The translations under genes were made by a program, and so were the position numbers. The notes beneath the pieces are model-generated. The model had not been told where the DNA came from. It searched no databases and was given only the letters and a program-made list of their open reading frames with translations. Of a stretch of DNA of 64,000 nucleotides, positions 9,690-19,336 are shown one piece after another. Numbering within the stretch: position 1 is the stretch's first letter; every line of letters starts with the position of its first letter. This stretch comes from a virus. The stretch lies in the IMG/VR virus record IMGVR_UViG_3300042564_003728. One strand, given 5' to 3'.

Positions 9690-10288
9690 TGGCAATAGTC
9701 TTTGATACTATCATCACACAAGGTGTTCGTTCAGGACAGATTCCTGCGCGTACGAACTCTGCGCGTGAGTGGTTCAGAGATACTGCCGGCAAAATGAATC
9801 GTATCAATGAGCGTGAGATGATGAAGGGTGACGTAAGTCGTATGACTACTCAGCCTCTGCTCGGCTCGATGTACATGTTCTACTATGATCCGAAACATAA
9901 AGAAGAGCTTCCATACTACGACAGATTTCCTCTGATCTTTCCATATAAGAAAGTCAAAGGCGGATTTATGGGACTCAACTTACACTACTTGCCGTTGCAA
10001 CTCAGAGCGAAGTTAATGGACGGTTTATATGACTTTGCAAACAATACTCGTTACGACGAGTCGACTCGTCTGAAACTCAGCTACGAACTCATGACTCAGG
10101 CAGCAAAGCTAAGATGGTATGCTCCATGCATTAAGCATTATTTGGCTTCACATGTGCAGTCAAAGTTTATGTACGTTTACCCATCAGAATGGGATATCGC
10201 TCTCTTTTTACCAACAGAACGTTTCGTCAAAGCAAGAAAGAACCAAGTTTGGATGGACACGAAAAGAATGCTAGGAGTTACTAAGTAA
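9689..10288 (+). CDS. baseplate wedge protein, gp53-like (tentative)
   Basis: 199 aa (T4 gp53 is 196 aa); lies between gp4 and the tube-family protein, as in marine T4-like phages; ATGA coupling on both sides; the sequence match is weak. Confidence 0.3.
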   Translation: MAIVFDTIITQGVRSGQIPARTNSAREWFRDTAGKMNRINEREMMKGDVSRMTTQPLLGSMYMFYYDPKHKEELPYYDRFPLIFPYKKVKGGFMGLNLHYLPLQLRAKLMDGLYDFANNTRYDESTRLKLSYELMTQAAKLRWYAPCIKHYLASHVQSKFMYVYPSEWDIALFLPTERFVKARKNQVWMDTKRMLGVTK

Positions 10289-11589
10289 TGTCAAACAAAG
10301 CTGAAGGAAGAACCAAACAAAATACCCTCGCCGGGAGACTTTTAACTTTTGCAAGTCCAGCAGTTGAGGCTTTATCTGGAAAACCTATCAGTGCATTTGT
10401 TCAGGCGAGTCAAACGAAAGGTGGTAGAGGCGGAGGAAGAGCTCCACAAGGATCATCAGAGCGTGCTCATCAAGATGTATTTGATAGGATTGCGGCTCGT
10501 GATAATCCGCAAGGCGCGCAGGGCTCTCAAGGCGCAACAAGCAGAGGTGGTGCACAAGGTGCAACTGCGAAACCTAAGCCTGCGGCAAAAACACAAGTAG
10601 CTAAAGGCGTCAATAATAATACAAAACAAGAAATTGAAACTAAAAATTCTGAATTTAGCACCGGTGAACGCAGTAAAGGCATATTTAATATCGGTCGATT
10701 TAGAGCCGAAGTTTCTGGTGCAGATAGTATACTTCCTACACATAGCTTCTTAACAGTTTTTGCTCCGATGCCATGGGCAATAAAAAAGTTTCCAGCCGGA
10801 AATCTCGATTCGATTCTGACAATGAGATGCGATAATGTTGTTCTTCCTTCTATTAATCTATTACAAGAACAAAATATCAGAAGATACGGATTTGGTCCAG
10901 TTGAAAATGTTGCGTATGGCGTAAATGTCGGAGATTTTACTCTTCAGTTCATCGTCGATAAAGACGCGCTGGTTGTAGAATTCTTTGAAGAATGGTTAAA
11001 TCTAATCGTCAATCGCGACTCTTTTGGTGGCGCGAATATGAATAATAATAAAATTGGTGGTTTGCGAAGACCATATGAGATCGCTTACAAAGATACGTAT
11101 GCGTGTCCGAATGTAAATGTATTTGTATATGATCGGTCACAAAATGCTGTGATGGAATATCATATATATGATGTGTTTCCTACCGGCATACAAAGCATGA
11201 ATATGTCATGGAGCGAAGAAAATACTTTAATGAAGTTAAACATCACTTTTTCTTTTACTGATCTTCGAATTGAAAGATCGAAATCGAAGAATAAAAAAAG
11301 CCAATCGATTAATGATGAAATTAAAGTGACTGCGACTGGTCCGTATGCGGTTCAAGGAATGGGTGCTGGAGGTGTTGTTGATCTTGCTACTCTCGATCCA
11401 ACAGGCGCCCGAGGTCTTGAATTAACAGATCTATCAAATGAAACTACAATCATCGGCGATGGATTTAGATCAAGAGGTTCGCCACCTCCTCTTCCGCCAA
11501 ACACATTTTCTAACCGCGGCGTTGAACTCGCCGGGTTTCCGAAACGATATGACACACTTGGAAATCAAATAACAACTGTCGAAGCATAA
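10288..11589 (+). CDS. baseplate tail-tube cap / initiator of the gp19-gp48-gp54 tube family
   Basis: 433 aa. The core (CDNVVLPSINLL...YGFGPVENVAYGVNVGDFTLQFIVDKDALVVEFFEEWLNLIV) parallels T4 tail-tube gp19 (CKATALPAGIV...VGFMNRKINVAGDRTFDDWTVTVMNDEAHDARQKFVDW). There is a Gly/Ala/Gln-rich low-complexity N-terminus. Confidence 0.55.
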   Translation: MSNKAEGRTKQNTLAGRLLTFASPAVEALSGKPISAFVQASQTKGGRGGGRAPQGSSERAHQDVFDRIAARDNPQGAQGSQGATSRGGAQGATAKPKPAAKTQVAKGVNNNTKQEIETKNSEFSTGERSKGIFNIGRFRAEVSGADSILPTHSFLTVFAPMPWAIKKFPAGNLDSILTMRCDNVVLPSINLLQEQNIRRYGFGPVENVAYGVNVGDFTLQFIVDKDALVVEFFEEWLNLIVNRDSFGGANMNNNKIGGLRRPYEIAYKDTYACPNVNVFVYDRSQNAVMEYHIYDVFPTGIQSMNMSWSEENTLMKLNITFSFTDLRIERSKSKNKKSQSINDEIKVTATGPYAVQGMGAGGVVDLATLDPTGARGLELTDLSNETTIIGDGFRSRGSPPPLPPNTFSNRGVELAGFPKRYDTLGNQITTVEA

Positions 11590-11612
11590 TTTATAATTTA
11601 GGAGAATATATA

Positions 11613-12323
11613 ATGCCTTTACCAAAAATCGACCAACCACTCTTTGACGTGACGATTCCCTCTTCAAAGAAAAAGATTCTCTTTCGACCATTCTTGGTGA
11701 AAGAAGAAAAGATCTTGCTCATCTCTCAACAAGGCGGCGAAGACACTGATGTGATCAGAGCCATCAAACAGATCTTAAAACTTTGCGTGCAAGATGAAGA
11801 TTTTGATGTCGATAAGCTTACGACTTTCGATCTTGAATATTTGTTCTTAAAACTGCGAGCGAAATCTGTCAACAACATTGTCAAGTTATCTTATCGTGAT
11901 AACGAAGACGATAAAGTTTATGACTTTGAATTAAACCTTGATACGATTGAAGTCGAAATGCCAGAGGGTATTGATTCGACTATTAAACTGTCTGATAATA
12001 TTGCAATGATCATGAAGTATCCGAGCTCGAGCATCACTGATAAAATCACGCAGTTTGATAATGAAGTCGATCTCATGACATTCTTTATCATTAACTGTAT
12101 CGATACCATCGTAACAGAAGAAGAAATTTATCCTGCTTCTGAATATACAGACAAAGAACTCGAAGAGTTTCTCGATCAATTGCCAGTCAATTCTTTCGAT
12201 TTAATTCGGCAATTCTTTGAGAAGATGCCGAAGTTATATCATAAGATTGAATACACAAATGAACTTGGTAATGATAGGAGTATCGAGTTAACGAATCTCA
12301 AAGATTTTTTTATGTGGCGCTGA
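11613..12323 (+). CDS. hypothetical tail/baseplate assembly protein
   Basis: 236 aa, acidic; strong RBS aggaga 8 nt upstream; lies in the late plus-strand block. Confidence 0.3.
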   Translation: MPLPKIDQPLFDVTIPSSKKKILFRPFLVKEEKILLISQQGGEDTDVIRAIKQILKLCVQDEDFDVDKLTTFDLEYLFLKLRAKSVNNIVKLSYRDNEDDKVYDFELNLDTIEVEMPEGIDSTIKLSDNIAMIMKYPSSSITDKITQFDNEVDLMTFFIINCIDTIVTEEEIYPASEYTDKELEEFLDQLPVNSFDLIRQFFEKMPKLYHKIEYTNELGNDRSIELTNLKDFFMWR

Positions 12324-12352
12324 GTCACAACTCGCTTCAAAACTACTATAGT

Positions 12353-12496
12353 ATGATCTTTGCTTTGGCTCAGCATCACAAATATTCGATAACTGAGATC
12401 GAAAACTTAATACCTTATGAAAGAGATCTCTACGTTGATTTATTAATGGCTCATCTTGAAGAACAGAGACAAGAAATAGAGAGTAGAAGAAAGTAA
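12353..12496 (+). CDS. small hypothetical protein (possible chaperone for the downstream tape measure)
   Basis: 60-codon ORF 12314-12496 whose stop abuts the ATG of the 748-aa protein; an internal Met (MIFALAQHH...) is the likelier start. Confidence 0.2.
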   Translation: MIFALAQHHKYSITEIENLIPYERDLYVDLLMAHLEEQRQEIESRRK

Positions 12497-14742
12497 TGCC
12501 TAGGTTATTTGAAACACCGGTTTCTGCTGCAGTAAAATCGACCATCGAAGGTACTTTCGGTCTAGCAGGAAAAGTAGTAGAAGCTGCTGGCAATGCCGTG
12601 CGCGGCGTTGGAGAAGCGGTAGGAGGAGCTCTCGAAGGAGCTCTTTCTCCTGCACCGGTAACTGTTATTAATGGTGTTGGTATGGCAGGTCAAGCCGGAA
12701 AGTCGAAAGTGTCTGGTTCAGGCACTATTCCCGCTTCTCCTAAAAAGTCTGCACGACCGGCTGTCAATCCAAATATGCCTACAGAAAAACTGTTAGTAGT
12801 AGCAGTCAATTATCTTTCTTCGATTGAAAAAACTCTTGAGCAACAACTTCAGTTTGAAAAAAGAGCATTTCAGCAACAAGCTCAAGCAGAAAAAGAAGCG
12901 TCGATCGAATCCGGTGGAAGTTCATTTCAAAATCCGTTTAGTAATTTAGGAGAAAAACTCGACGCGATAAAAGATAATGCCAAAGAAAGAGCTGGAACTG
13001 TAGGAAAGCTTTTAATCGGTGCCGGTTTGCTTGGTACTCTTGGCCTCGCTGCTCTTGGAAATTTAGACACATCACAATTAGAAGAACTAAAATCGAATTG
13101 GGCGGCTTTTACTGATAAGATATCTCCTATCATTGATTTCGTTCAAAATTTTGCAGCCGCATTGGGCACAACAGCAATCGCAGGAGCGGCAGTAGGAAGT
13201 GTTTTCGGTTGGAGAGGAGCACTCCTCGGATTAATTGGCGGGAAAATATATGAAGATGCTTATGGAACATTTAATGAAAAAACAGGACAAAGAGAAGGTG
13301 GTCAAGGACTGCTTTCATCGATAGTTAGTAATTTTCCACTCGCAGCGGTAGCTATAGCTCCTGTCACCGCTATTAAATTTGCATATAAAGGACTTAAAAC
13401 TATAGCAGGTGCACTTACTGCTTTTACAAAAAAACAAGCAGCAAGATTTATGGCATGGTTTGCAGAAAAAGCCTTTATACGTTTCGCTTTCTCTGCATAC
13501 GGTAAAAATAGATTGTGGAATCTTTTCTTAAGATACTTAGAAAAGAAAGCTCAGCAAAGACTTCTTGCTCAAATTGCTGCTGTGGCCGCTACGACCGCCG
13601 CTACTACTGCTGCTGAAGCTACACTAGCTGCCACCGGTATAGGTGCACCAGTGGCTGCGGTTTCTGCCGTGGTAACAAAGCTAATAGCAGCAGGTTTTAC
13701 TGCTTGGTTGCTATGGGATTTGTATCAAATTTGGGTAGAATTCTCGGAAACAGCAGAAGCGAGAGCACAAGAAGCTACCGACGATGAAAGAGCAAATGCA
13801 TCGCCTGTATCTACAGCCGCAACACCTGACGCGACAGCAACATCCGGATCTGCAAATATATCAGGCGCTCCTGTGGCTTCTGCAGCTCAAACACAAAATC
13901 TTCCTTCAATTCCTGCAGACGTAGAAAAAATCCTTGCTACTATCAGAACACGCGAGTCTGGTGGCAATTATGGTATTCCACATCCTAATGGCATGCCAGG
14001 TCAAACTGCATCCGGCGCTTATGCATTTACAAATGGATCTTGGAGAGGATTAACTAAAAAGTATAATATAGGAACAGAATATAGTAGCGCCTATCTTGCT
14101 CCGCCGCCTATTCAAGATGCTGTTGCCGCAAAATACGTTCAAGAAATATTACAAAAAGCCGGCGGTGATGTTTCGAAAGTTCCACTTGCCTGGTATACAG
14201 GCAATATACAAGGAAAGATGTCTGCAAAGGCGCTTGCTATAAACAATGGTATGACTCCACAAGCATATCAAGCAAAATGGATGGCAGATTATACCGGTGG
14301 AAAATATTCGGCTTCTTCTTATGATTCGCAAGGAGCAAGTTCGCAAGAATCAAAAGGTGTTATGGGTTCTCTTGCTGATTTAGGCAAAGGCGCAATTGAA
14401 AGCGCCGGTAAAGTGTTTCAAGCCAGTCTTGGAGAGATGAGTCTTACAACCGGTTCGCAGTTATCTAATAAATTTAATAATAATATGCAAACTCCTGTAA
14501 AATCAGAATCTGCGGCAGCTGCCAAAATTTCTAAAATATCTACAGAATTACAAAACACGGTTGATTTAGGGAAATTAGATTCTACTAAAGCAGCAACCGA
14601 ACCAGCATCTGCAAATATATCTCCTATTGGAAAACCCGGATCTTCAAACGATAGTAAGCGAGATCACTTTGATCCGAATTACCCAAGCGATAGCTTGCTT
14701 ATGGAAAAATATATGCAACATCAAAAATTGGTAATTGCATAA
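12496..14742 (+). CDS. tail tape-measure protein (gp29-like) with C-terminal lysozyme-like / lytic transglycosylase domain
   Basis: 748 aa with an Ala/Gly-rich helical N-terminus and hydrophobic Ala-rich segments (AAVAATTAATTAAEATLAATGIGAPVAAVSAVV). A C-terminal block RTRESGGNYGIPHPNGMPGQTASGAYAFTNGSW resembles SLT/GH23 catalytic motifs. Position ahead of the tube-cap genes is as in T4 (29-48-54). Confidence 0.5.
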   Translation: MPRLFETPVSAAVKSTIEGTFGLAGKVVEAAGNAVRGVGEAVGGALEGALSPAPVTVINGVGMAGQAGKSKVSGSGTIPASPKKSARPAVNPNMPTEKLLVVAVNYLSSIEKTLEQQLQFEKRAFQQQAQAEKEASIESGGSSFQNPFSNLGEKLDAIKDNAKERAGTVGKLLIGAGLLGTLGLAALGNLDTSQLEELKSNWAAFTDKISPIIDFVQNFAAALGTTAIAGAAVGSVFGWRGALLGLIGGKIYEDAYGTFNEKTGQREGGQGLLSSIVSNFPLAAVAIAPVTAIKFAYKGLKTIAGALTAFTKKQAARFMAWFAEKAFIRFAFSAYGKNRLWNLFLRYLEKKAQQRLLAQIAAVAATTAATTAAEATLAATGIGAPVAAVSAVVTKLIAAGFTAWLLWDLYQIWVEFSETAEARAQEATDDERANASPVSTAATPDATATSGSANISGAPVASAAQTQNLPSIPADVEKILATIRTRESGGNYGIPHPNGMPGQTASGAYAFTNGSWRGLTKKYNIGTEYSSAYLAPPPIQDAVAAKYVQEILQKAGGDVSKVPLAWYTGNIQGKMSAKALAINNGMTPQAYQAKWMADYTGGKYSASSYDSQGASSQESKGVMGSLADLGKGAIESAGKVFQASLGEMSLTTGSQLSNKFNNNMQTPVKSESAAAAKISKISTELQNTVDLGKLDSTKAATEPASANISPIGKPGSSNDSKRDHFDPNYPSDSLLMEKYMQHQKLVIA

Positions 14743-16937
14743 TGGCTGAACCGGTTACGATTGGCGGCCAAACCTTCATTAAAACTGGTGATGGATGGGT
14801 AGATCAAAAAACAAAAATAAAAGCGCCCGAAGGCTTACTTAAGCTTCTGAATAATCTTCAATCTGAGAATTCTCTTTCTGAAGGCAAGAAGAAGCGTGTT
14901 CGTATTGATCCTTCTCGACCTGTTATAAAACTCGGTAAAACAGAATATGTATGGGATCTCAACGGAAAAGTATGGATCGATAAGAAAACAAGAGAAGCTT
15001 CGAATCCGCGTTTTAGCTTATTGATTGAAGCAACATATCAGTCGACACTCGGCAGTGATCAGTTACAAGATCCCGGTACACCAACTCCAAGCACTGCGGC
15101 CGCAAAAGCAGCAATGAAAGATGTGCTTGCAAATAATATGTTTGCAACAAATCAAAAAACAAAAACTTCGAAGACAGGAAGCGGCACACTTCCTTCAATG
15201 AGTAATATTAAAATTAATTCTCCTATCGTTCAGATGATAGAGAAGCTAGCTACGATTGACGGTTATCTCAAGCAAAGATTAAATAACAATATATCTTCAT
15301 ATAATACGCGCAGTGTTTCTACAAAAGAACAATCGATAGAACAAGGTGCATCGCAAACAGATGCTACTCCTAATTTAGAACAAGAAAAAGTCGATGCTGA
15401 AGTAGAAAAAGCAAATAAAGAATCGAATGGTATATTATTAGGTGCAGCTGTTGCAGCTGGAGCTCTTTTTATATCTCAACTCGATCCGGTAAAAGAAACT
15501 TTTAATGCTATTGTAAACTTTGCAAAAGGTGTTTATGATTTTGCATCAGGAATAGCTGGAGTTTTTAATGATGGCCTACGCAATATTGTAGGAACTCCAG
15601 AGTCAAGAGCAGCAGAAAAATTATCAACTGAAACTGGTTCTTCTGCAACAGGCGTAACACAACCTTCCGCCGAAATGCAACAAACCAACGACCAATCAGA
15701 AGATTCCACAGCATTTTCAGGTCCAAAACAACCTGTTACTTCTGGCAATAAAGCTTCAAGTGGACCGAATTCACCCGAAGAAATTTTAACTGCTTTTCCG
15801 GGGCCTAAATCTTCTTCAAAATCCGGTACTTCCGGTGGCACAACAGGGTCAAAAGGTTCTGATGCTACTCGCGCTTCTTCTGCAACCGCTGTAACGCCTT
15901 CTTCTTCTGCAACCGCTGTAACGCCTTCTTCTTCTGCAGCTACAACTCCTTCTTCTGCAGCTACAACTCCTGCTTCTGCAACTCCTGCAGCTACTCCAGC
16001 TACTACGGCACCAGCTAATGGTACAAAATCTACGGCGCCGGCACAAGCAACTCAAACGGGTGGATCTTCTCCTAGCGCAACTTCTAATCAATCATTGAGT
16101 AAAGCTACTCGACTAGCTGCTAGTCAAGTTGGTATTGGTGAATCACAAATAGGCAACTATTTAAGACAAGGTGGCGTCGGATTAGATCCGCGAAATGAAA
16201 AATGGTGCTCGGCATTTGTAAACTCTACACTCGCTCAAGTTGGATTAAAAGGCGCAACTAACATAGCTAATAGCTTTCAAAAGTGGGGAGATAATGTTCC
16301 AGTGTCTTCTGTTCAAGAAGGCGACATTGTTATTCAAACTCGTGGTTTAGGTCCAGATGTTGCTGGTGGCCATATAGGTATCGCAACAGGCGTAAGACAA
16401 GGAAACAAAGTCGAGCTCATAGCCGGTAACACTAGCAATAAAGTTAAGAGATATTTTTTAGATAACAATGCTAAAAATGGATTGCAAATAAGAAGATATA
16501 ACCCGCAAAAACCATATGGCAAAGGAGCAGTGGGAGGAGCGCCATTAGGAGGAACCGGAGATAGCGCTTTGGAACAAGCGGTTGGAGCCGGCGTTGATTT
16601 AACGGAGGGCGCGATCAAGGCAGTTGGAAATATTCTAAGTGCTGCTTTAGGACCTATGAGTATTACTACTGGATCACAACTTCAAAATAGTTTTAATAGT
16701 ACAATGTCAAGTGATATAGGAAAAGCAGCAAGAGAAAAAACAAATGCGATTGTCGATTCAAAAATTATAGAATCTGCAGCTGCTACGATAAAGACGAGTT
16801 CAGCAGATACAAAGGCTTCTGCGAGTTCTTCTCAAATGCAAATCGCTGAGTCGACTGGAGATAACGCCAGCATTCAATATTACTTAACTCGTATGGGATT
16901 TGCGCCGCTCGATTATAAACAAGCGGCAAGAGCATAA
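14742..16937 (+). CDS. virion-associated peptidoglycan hydrolase with CHAP domain
   Basis: 731 aa. The CHAP catalytic pair is present (EKWCSAFVNS Cys, AGGHIGIATGV His). There is an upstream Ser/Thr/Ala tandem-repeat linker, and the C-terminal 45-aa module is shared with the preceding protein. ATGA-coupled to it. Confidence 0.6.
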   Translation: MAEPVTIGGQTFIKTGDGWVDQKTKIKAPEGLLKLLNNLQSENSLSEGKKKRVRIDPSRPVIKLGKTEYVWDLNGKVWIDKKTREASNPRFSLLIEATYQSTLGSDQLQDPGTPTPSTAAAKAAMKDVLANNMFATNQKTKTSKTGSGTLPSMSNIKINSPIVQMIEKLATIDGYLKQRLNNNISSYNTRSVSTKEQSIEQGASQTDATPNLEQEKVDAEVEKANKESNGILLGAAVAAGALFISQLDPVKETFNAIVNFAKGVYDFASGIAGVFNDGLRNIVGTPESRAAEKLSTETGSSATGVTQPSAEMQQTNDQSEDSTAFSGPKQPVTSGNKASSGPNSPEEILTAFPGPKSSSKSGTSGGTTGSKGSDATRASSATAVTPSSSATAVTPSSSAATTPSSAATTPASATPAATPATTAPANGTKSTAPAQATQTGGSSPSATSNQSLSKATRLAASQVGIGESQIGNYLRQGGVGLDPRNEKWCSAFVNSTLAQVGLKGATNIANSFQKWGDNVPVSSVQEGDIVIQTRGLGPDVAGGHIGIATGVRQGNKVELIAGNTSNKVKRYFLDNNAKNGLQIRRYNPQKPYGKGAVGGAPLGGTGDSALEQAVGAGVDLTEGAIKAVGNILSAALGPMSITTGSQLQNSFNSTMSSDIGKAAREKTNAIVDSKIIESAAATIKTSSADTKASASSSQMQIAESTGDNASIQYYLTRMGFAPLDYKQAARA

Positions 16938-16939
16938 AA

Positions 16940-16963
16940 AAAGGGCGACCGAAGCCGCCCTTT
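16940..16963. terminator. bidirectional rho-independent terminator between convergent gene blocks
   Basis: aaagggcg-ACCGAAGC-cgcccttt hairpin with flanking A and T runs, right after the CHAP gene stop and before the gp32 stop. Confidence 0.6.
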
Positions 16964-16972
16964 CCCACCTTA

Positions 16973-17869
16973 TCAATCTTCTTCGGCAAGCCGTTTGAAG
17001 AAATCGAGATCATCGTCGTCTTCATCGACCGTAGAAGCTGCAGCAGGTGCAGCAGCCGCCTTGAAGGTAGGCGCAGGAGCTTTATACTCCTCTTCATCAC
17101 GATCAACTCCGCGAATCTTGGCAGGTTCCGCAGAAAGTGCCAAGACAGTGTTCAGACGAGTCTTAAGATCCTCATAAGACTTGAATTGCTTTGCATCTAC
17201 GAGCTCAGCGAGCGGATACTCTTGAGTGTAGACACGTTCAAGCTCACTGTCATCATCGAACAGTGGTGCGGGAGAGTCGAATTCTGACTTATCGTAATTA
17301 GGCCAACCTTCGACCTTACGAATTTTGAGCTTGAAATTAGCACCGTTCCAAAGATCGAAAGGATTTACTGGCTTCTCGTCCTCAAAACCTGGGTTCATGA
17401 GGTCGTTCAGCTTATCGAAGATCTTCTTTCCGTACTTGTACAGGAAGACCTTACCTTCGTTCGCAGGATTGCCTGGATCCTTCACAACATAGATGTTGCT
17501 GTGGTATGCCAAGCGGCGCTTCTGCTTGCGTGCGATCTCCTTATCAGAGTCAAGACCAGTGTTCCAAAGAACGCTGTTGTATTCTGACACGGGATCGTCT
17601 TTACCGAGAGTCGTAAGCGACTTCTCGATGTACCAAAGACCTGTTGGTCCTTGGAATCCATGGTCCCAGATGCGAGTGAAAGGAATGTCTTCGTTGGCTG
17701 GCGCGGGAAGGAAACGAATCACGGCGTATCCATTACCAGCTTTATCAACGGTAGGCTTCCAATACTTTCCCTCGTCGGGATCTGAATATGTGGTATTTTG
17801 TTTAGCAAGTTCTTTGGTGAGCTTCTCAAAAGAAGAGTTGGAAGAACGCTTAAGGTCTGCAAATGACAT
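16973..17869 (-). CDS. 32: single-stranded DNA-binding protein gp32
   Basis: [46 protein letters not shown] and the acidic tail [10 protein letters not shown] align with T4 gp32 ([52 protein letters not shown]). Confidence 0.9.
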   Translation of the reverse strand: [298 protein letters not shown]

Positions 17870-17934
17870 AGTAATCTCCTATATGTCGGTATGTTTCGAA
17901 GTATTTAGATTGCAGCGAACTGCAATTGTATTTA

Positions 17935-18510
17935 TCATGAAGTAAAGGCAGCCTTGACAATTTTTCTACATTTAAATGCATCATAATGAAAGAAAGGCTT
18001 ATACTTCAGCAGCTTCTTGTGGATGCTGGGCCATAGGACACCATCCTCAATCTTCTTGTTCCAATGACCGAAGAACCCGAAGATATCATTGAGGATAATC
18101 ACCGTCTCGATAGAAATCTCTCGACGAAGATATTGTTTCAGTAAGAAGGGATGTTGCCCATTCTTTACAATAACACAATCATTGAAATTTGTACATAGTT
18201 TTTTTACGTCTTCTTCGAAGATATAAGAAAGAGACTGCTGTCTCTTCAACCATTCATTGTACACTTTCTCTGAGTCATCGCCGAACAGATCGCCTATCCA
18301 TTTTAAATCGCCATCTACAAAGTTGGCAACAAGATATTTGAGTGGATCTTTATGTTTCGACAACTTATAGAACTGATACTTGTCCTTACGTACATCAAAG
18401 CTCGAAGGCTTTGCGCCTATCTTGCCGTTGTATTTGATGTAGTCATAGCTGTCTGTTGTGAAGTGGTTTTTAAGGGCGAGGAAAGTGGTGTAGCTCTCGA
18501 ATGGAGTCAT
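17935..18510 (-). CDS. 59: gp59 helicase-loading protein
   Basis: 191 aa; YDYIKYNGK...RKDKYQFYKLSKHKD parallels T4 gp59 YDVIKYNW...RRDKYFFQKLSEKYK; the gene order 33-59-32 is conserved. Confidence 0.75.
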   Translation of the reverse strand: MTPFESYTTFLALKNHFTTDSYDYIKYNGKIGAKPSSFDVRKDKYQFYKLSKHKDPLKYLVANFVDGDLKWIGDLFGDDSEKVYNEWLKRQQSLSYIFEEDVKKLCTNFNDCVIVKNGQHPFLLKQYLRREISIETVIILNDIFGFFGHWNKKIEDGVLWPSIHKKLLKYKPFFHYDAFKCRKIVKAAFTS

Positions 18511-18761
18511 ACTGGTAGCTTAGCCCTCTTTGGCATGAAGTTGAGTTCTTCTGCTTCGTCTTGAAGCTTTGCCTTGATACGAATGTTACTACGAATGATA
18601 CTCGCAGCAGCCTCGATCTCGATGTTATTCTTTTCACAATAGTGGACGACGGCATCCATATAATCTAAATCATAATTAATAACCAGTCGTTCAATTTCTT
18701 TAATGAACTTTTCAGAAGTCAATGCTTTCGTTGAAATGACGTCGTCCACCATAATAATCAT
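18507..18761 (-). CDS. 33: late-transcription coactivator gp33-like
   Basis: 84 aa; YDLDYMDAVVHYCEKNNIEIEAAASIIRSNIRIKAKLQDEAEELNF parallels T4 gp33 EFGMSYLEATTAFLEENSIPETQFAKFIPSGIIEKIQSEAIDENLL; lies immediately upstream of gp59 as in T4. Confidence 0.55.
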   Translation of the reverse strand: MIIMVDDVISTKALTSEKFIKEIERLVINYDLDYMDAVVHYCEKNNIEIEAAASIIRSNIRIKAKLQDEAEELNFMPKRAKLPV

Positions 18762-19336
18762 CCTCTATAAAAAATGTGTGCACCAATCTTAGTCGTACGA
18801 GCAAACACTCTACCCCATGACGGACTTACGTAGTCAGCGTGGTAAAACTTTGCTCCCTTTGTTACGTCACCGTAATTTCCGAGATACACATGTTCGGCGA
18901 TTTCCTTTGATTTTGCAAAAGCTACACCGTCACGAATTCTTTTTCCACCCTCACACTTCCATGAAAATTGGCATACGCGCGCAGTTCTCTGATTGATAAC
19001 TCCACATGGCGTGCTTGGGAAACGATCGTCTTTTGCGCGGTTCAAAACAACATTGTTTACCGCAATCCTACCTTTATAAGGTTCATGAGCCGCTTCGAAG
19101 TATGTATTCTCGGCCATGCATTGGATTTGTTTTTTGTCGTAGTTGCTCAGATAGACTGGCTTCTTTACGACCTTTTCTTTTTCGATTACCTGAATGACTG
19201 GGACCTTTACGATCTTGACTTCAGGTTCTTTGTTTGGTGTAGCCAAAGCCACGCCTGTTACTGCAATGATACCTATGACAAAGCCTTCGGCCCAGCGTAG
19301 ATACGGGAAATCTTTTCTAGTTTCGAAAAGTTTCAT
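18758..19336 (-). CDS. SleB/CwlJ-family cell-wall hydrolase with N-terminal membrane anchor
   Basis: 192 aa; hydrophobic segment WAEGFVIGIIAVTGVALA; Hydrolase_2-like core KKQIQCMAENTYFEAAHEPYKGRIAVNNVVLNR. Confidence 0.55.
   Translation of the reverse strand: MKLFETRKDFPYLRWAEGFVIGIIAVTGVALATPNKEPEVKIVKVPVIQVIEKEKVVKKPVYLSNYDKKQIQCMAENTYFEAAHEPYKGRIAVNNVVLNRAKDDRFPSTPCGVINQRTARVCQFSWKCEGGKRIRDGVAFAKSKEIAEHVYLGNYGDVTKGAKFYHADYVSPSWGRVFARTTKIGAHIFYRG

Noticed and set aside
15849-16091. Arg/Cys/Ser-rich 80-aa minus-strand ORF (RRRSCSCRRR...)
   Set aside because: It is the reverse complement of the Ser/Thr/Ala tandem repeat inside the CHAP gene, so it is a compositional artefact.
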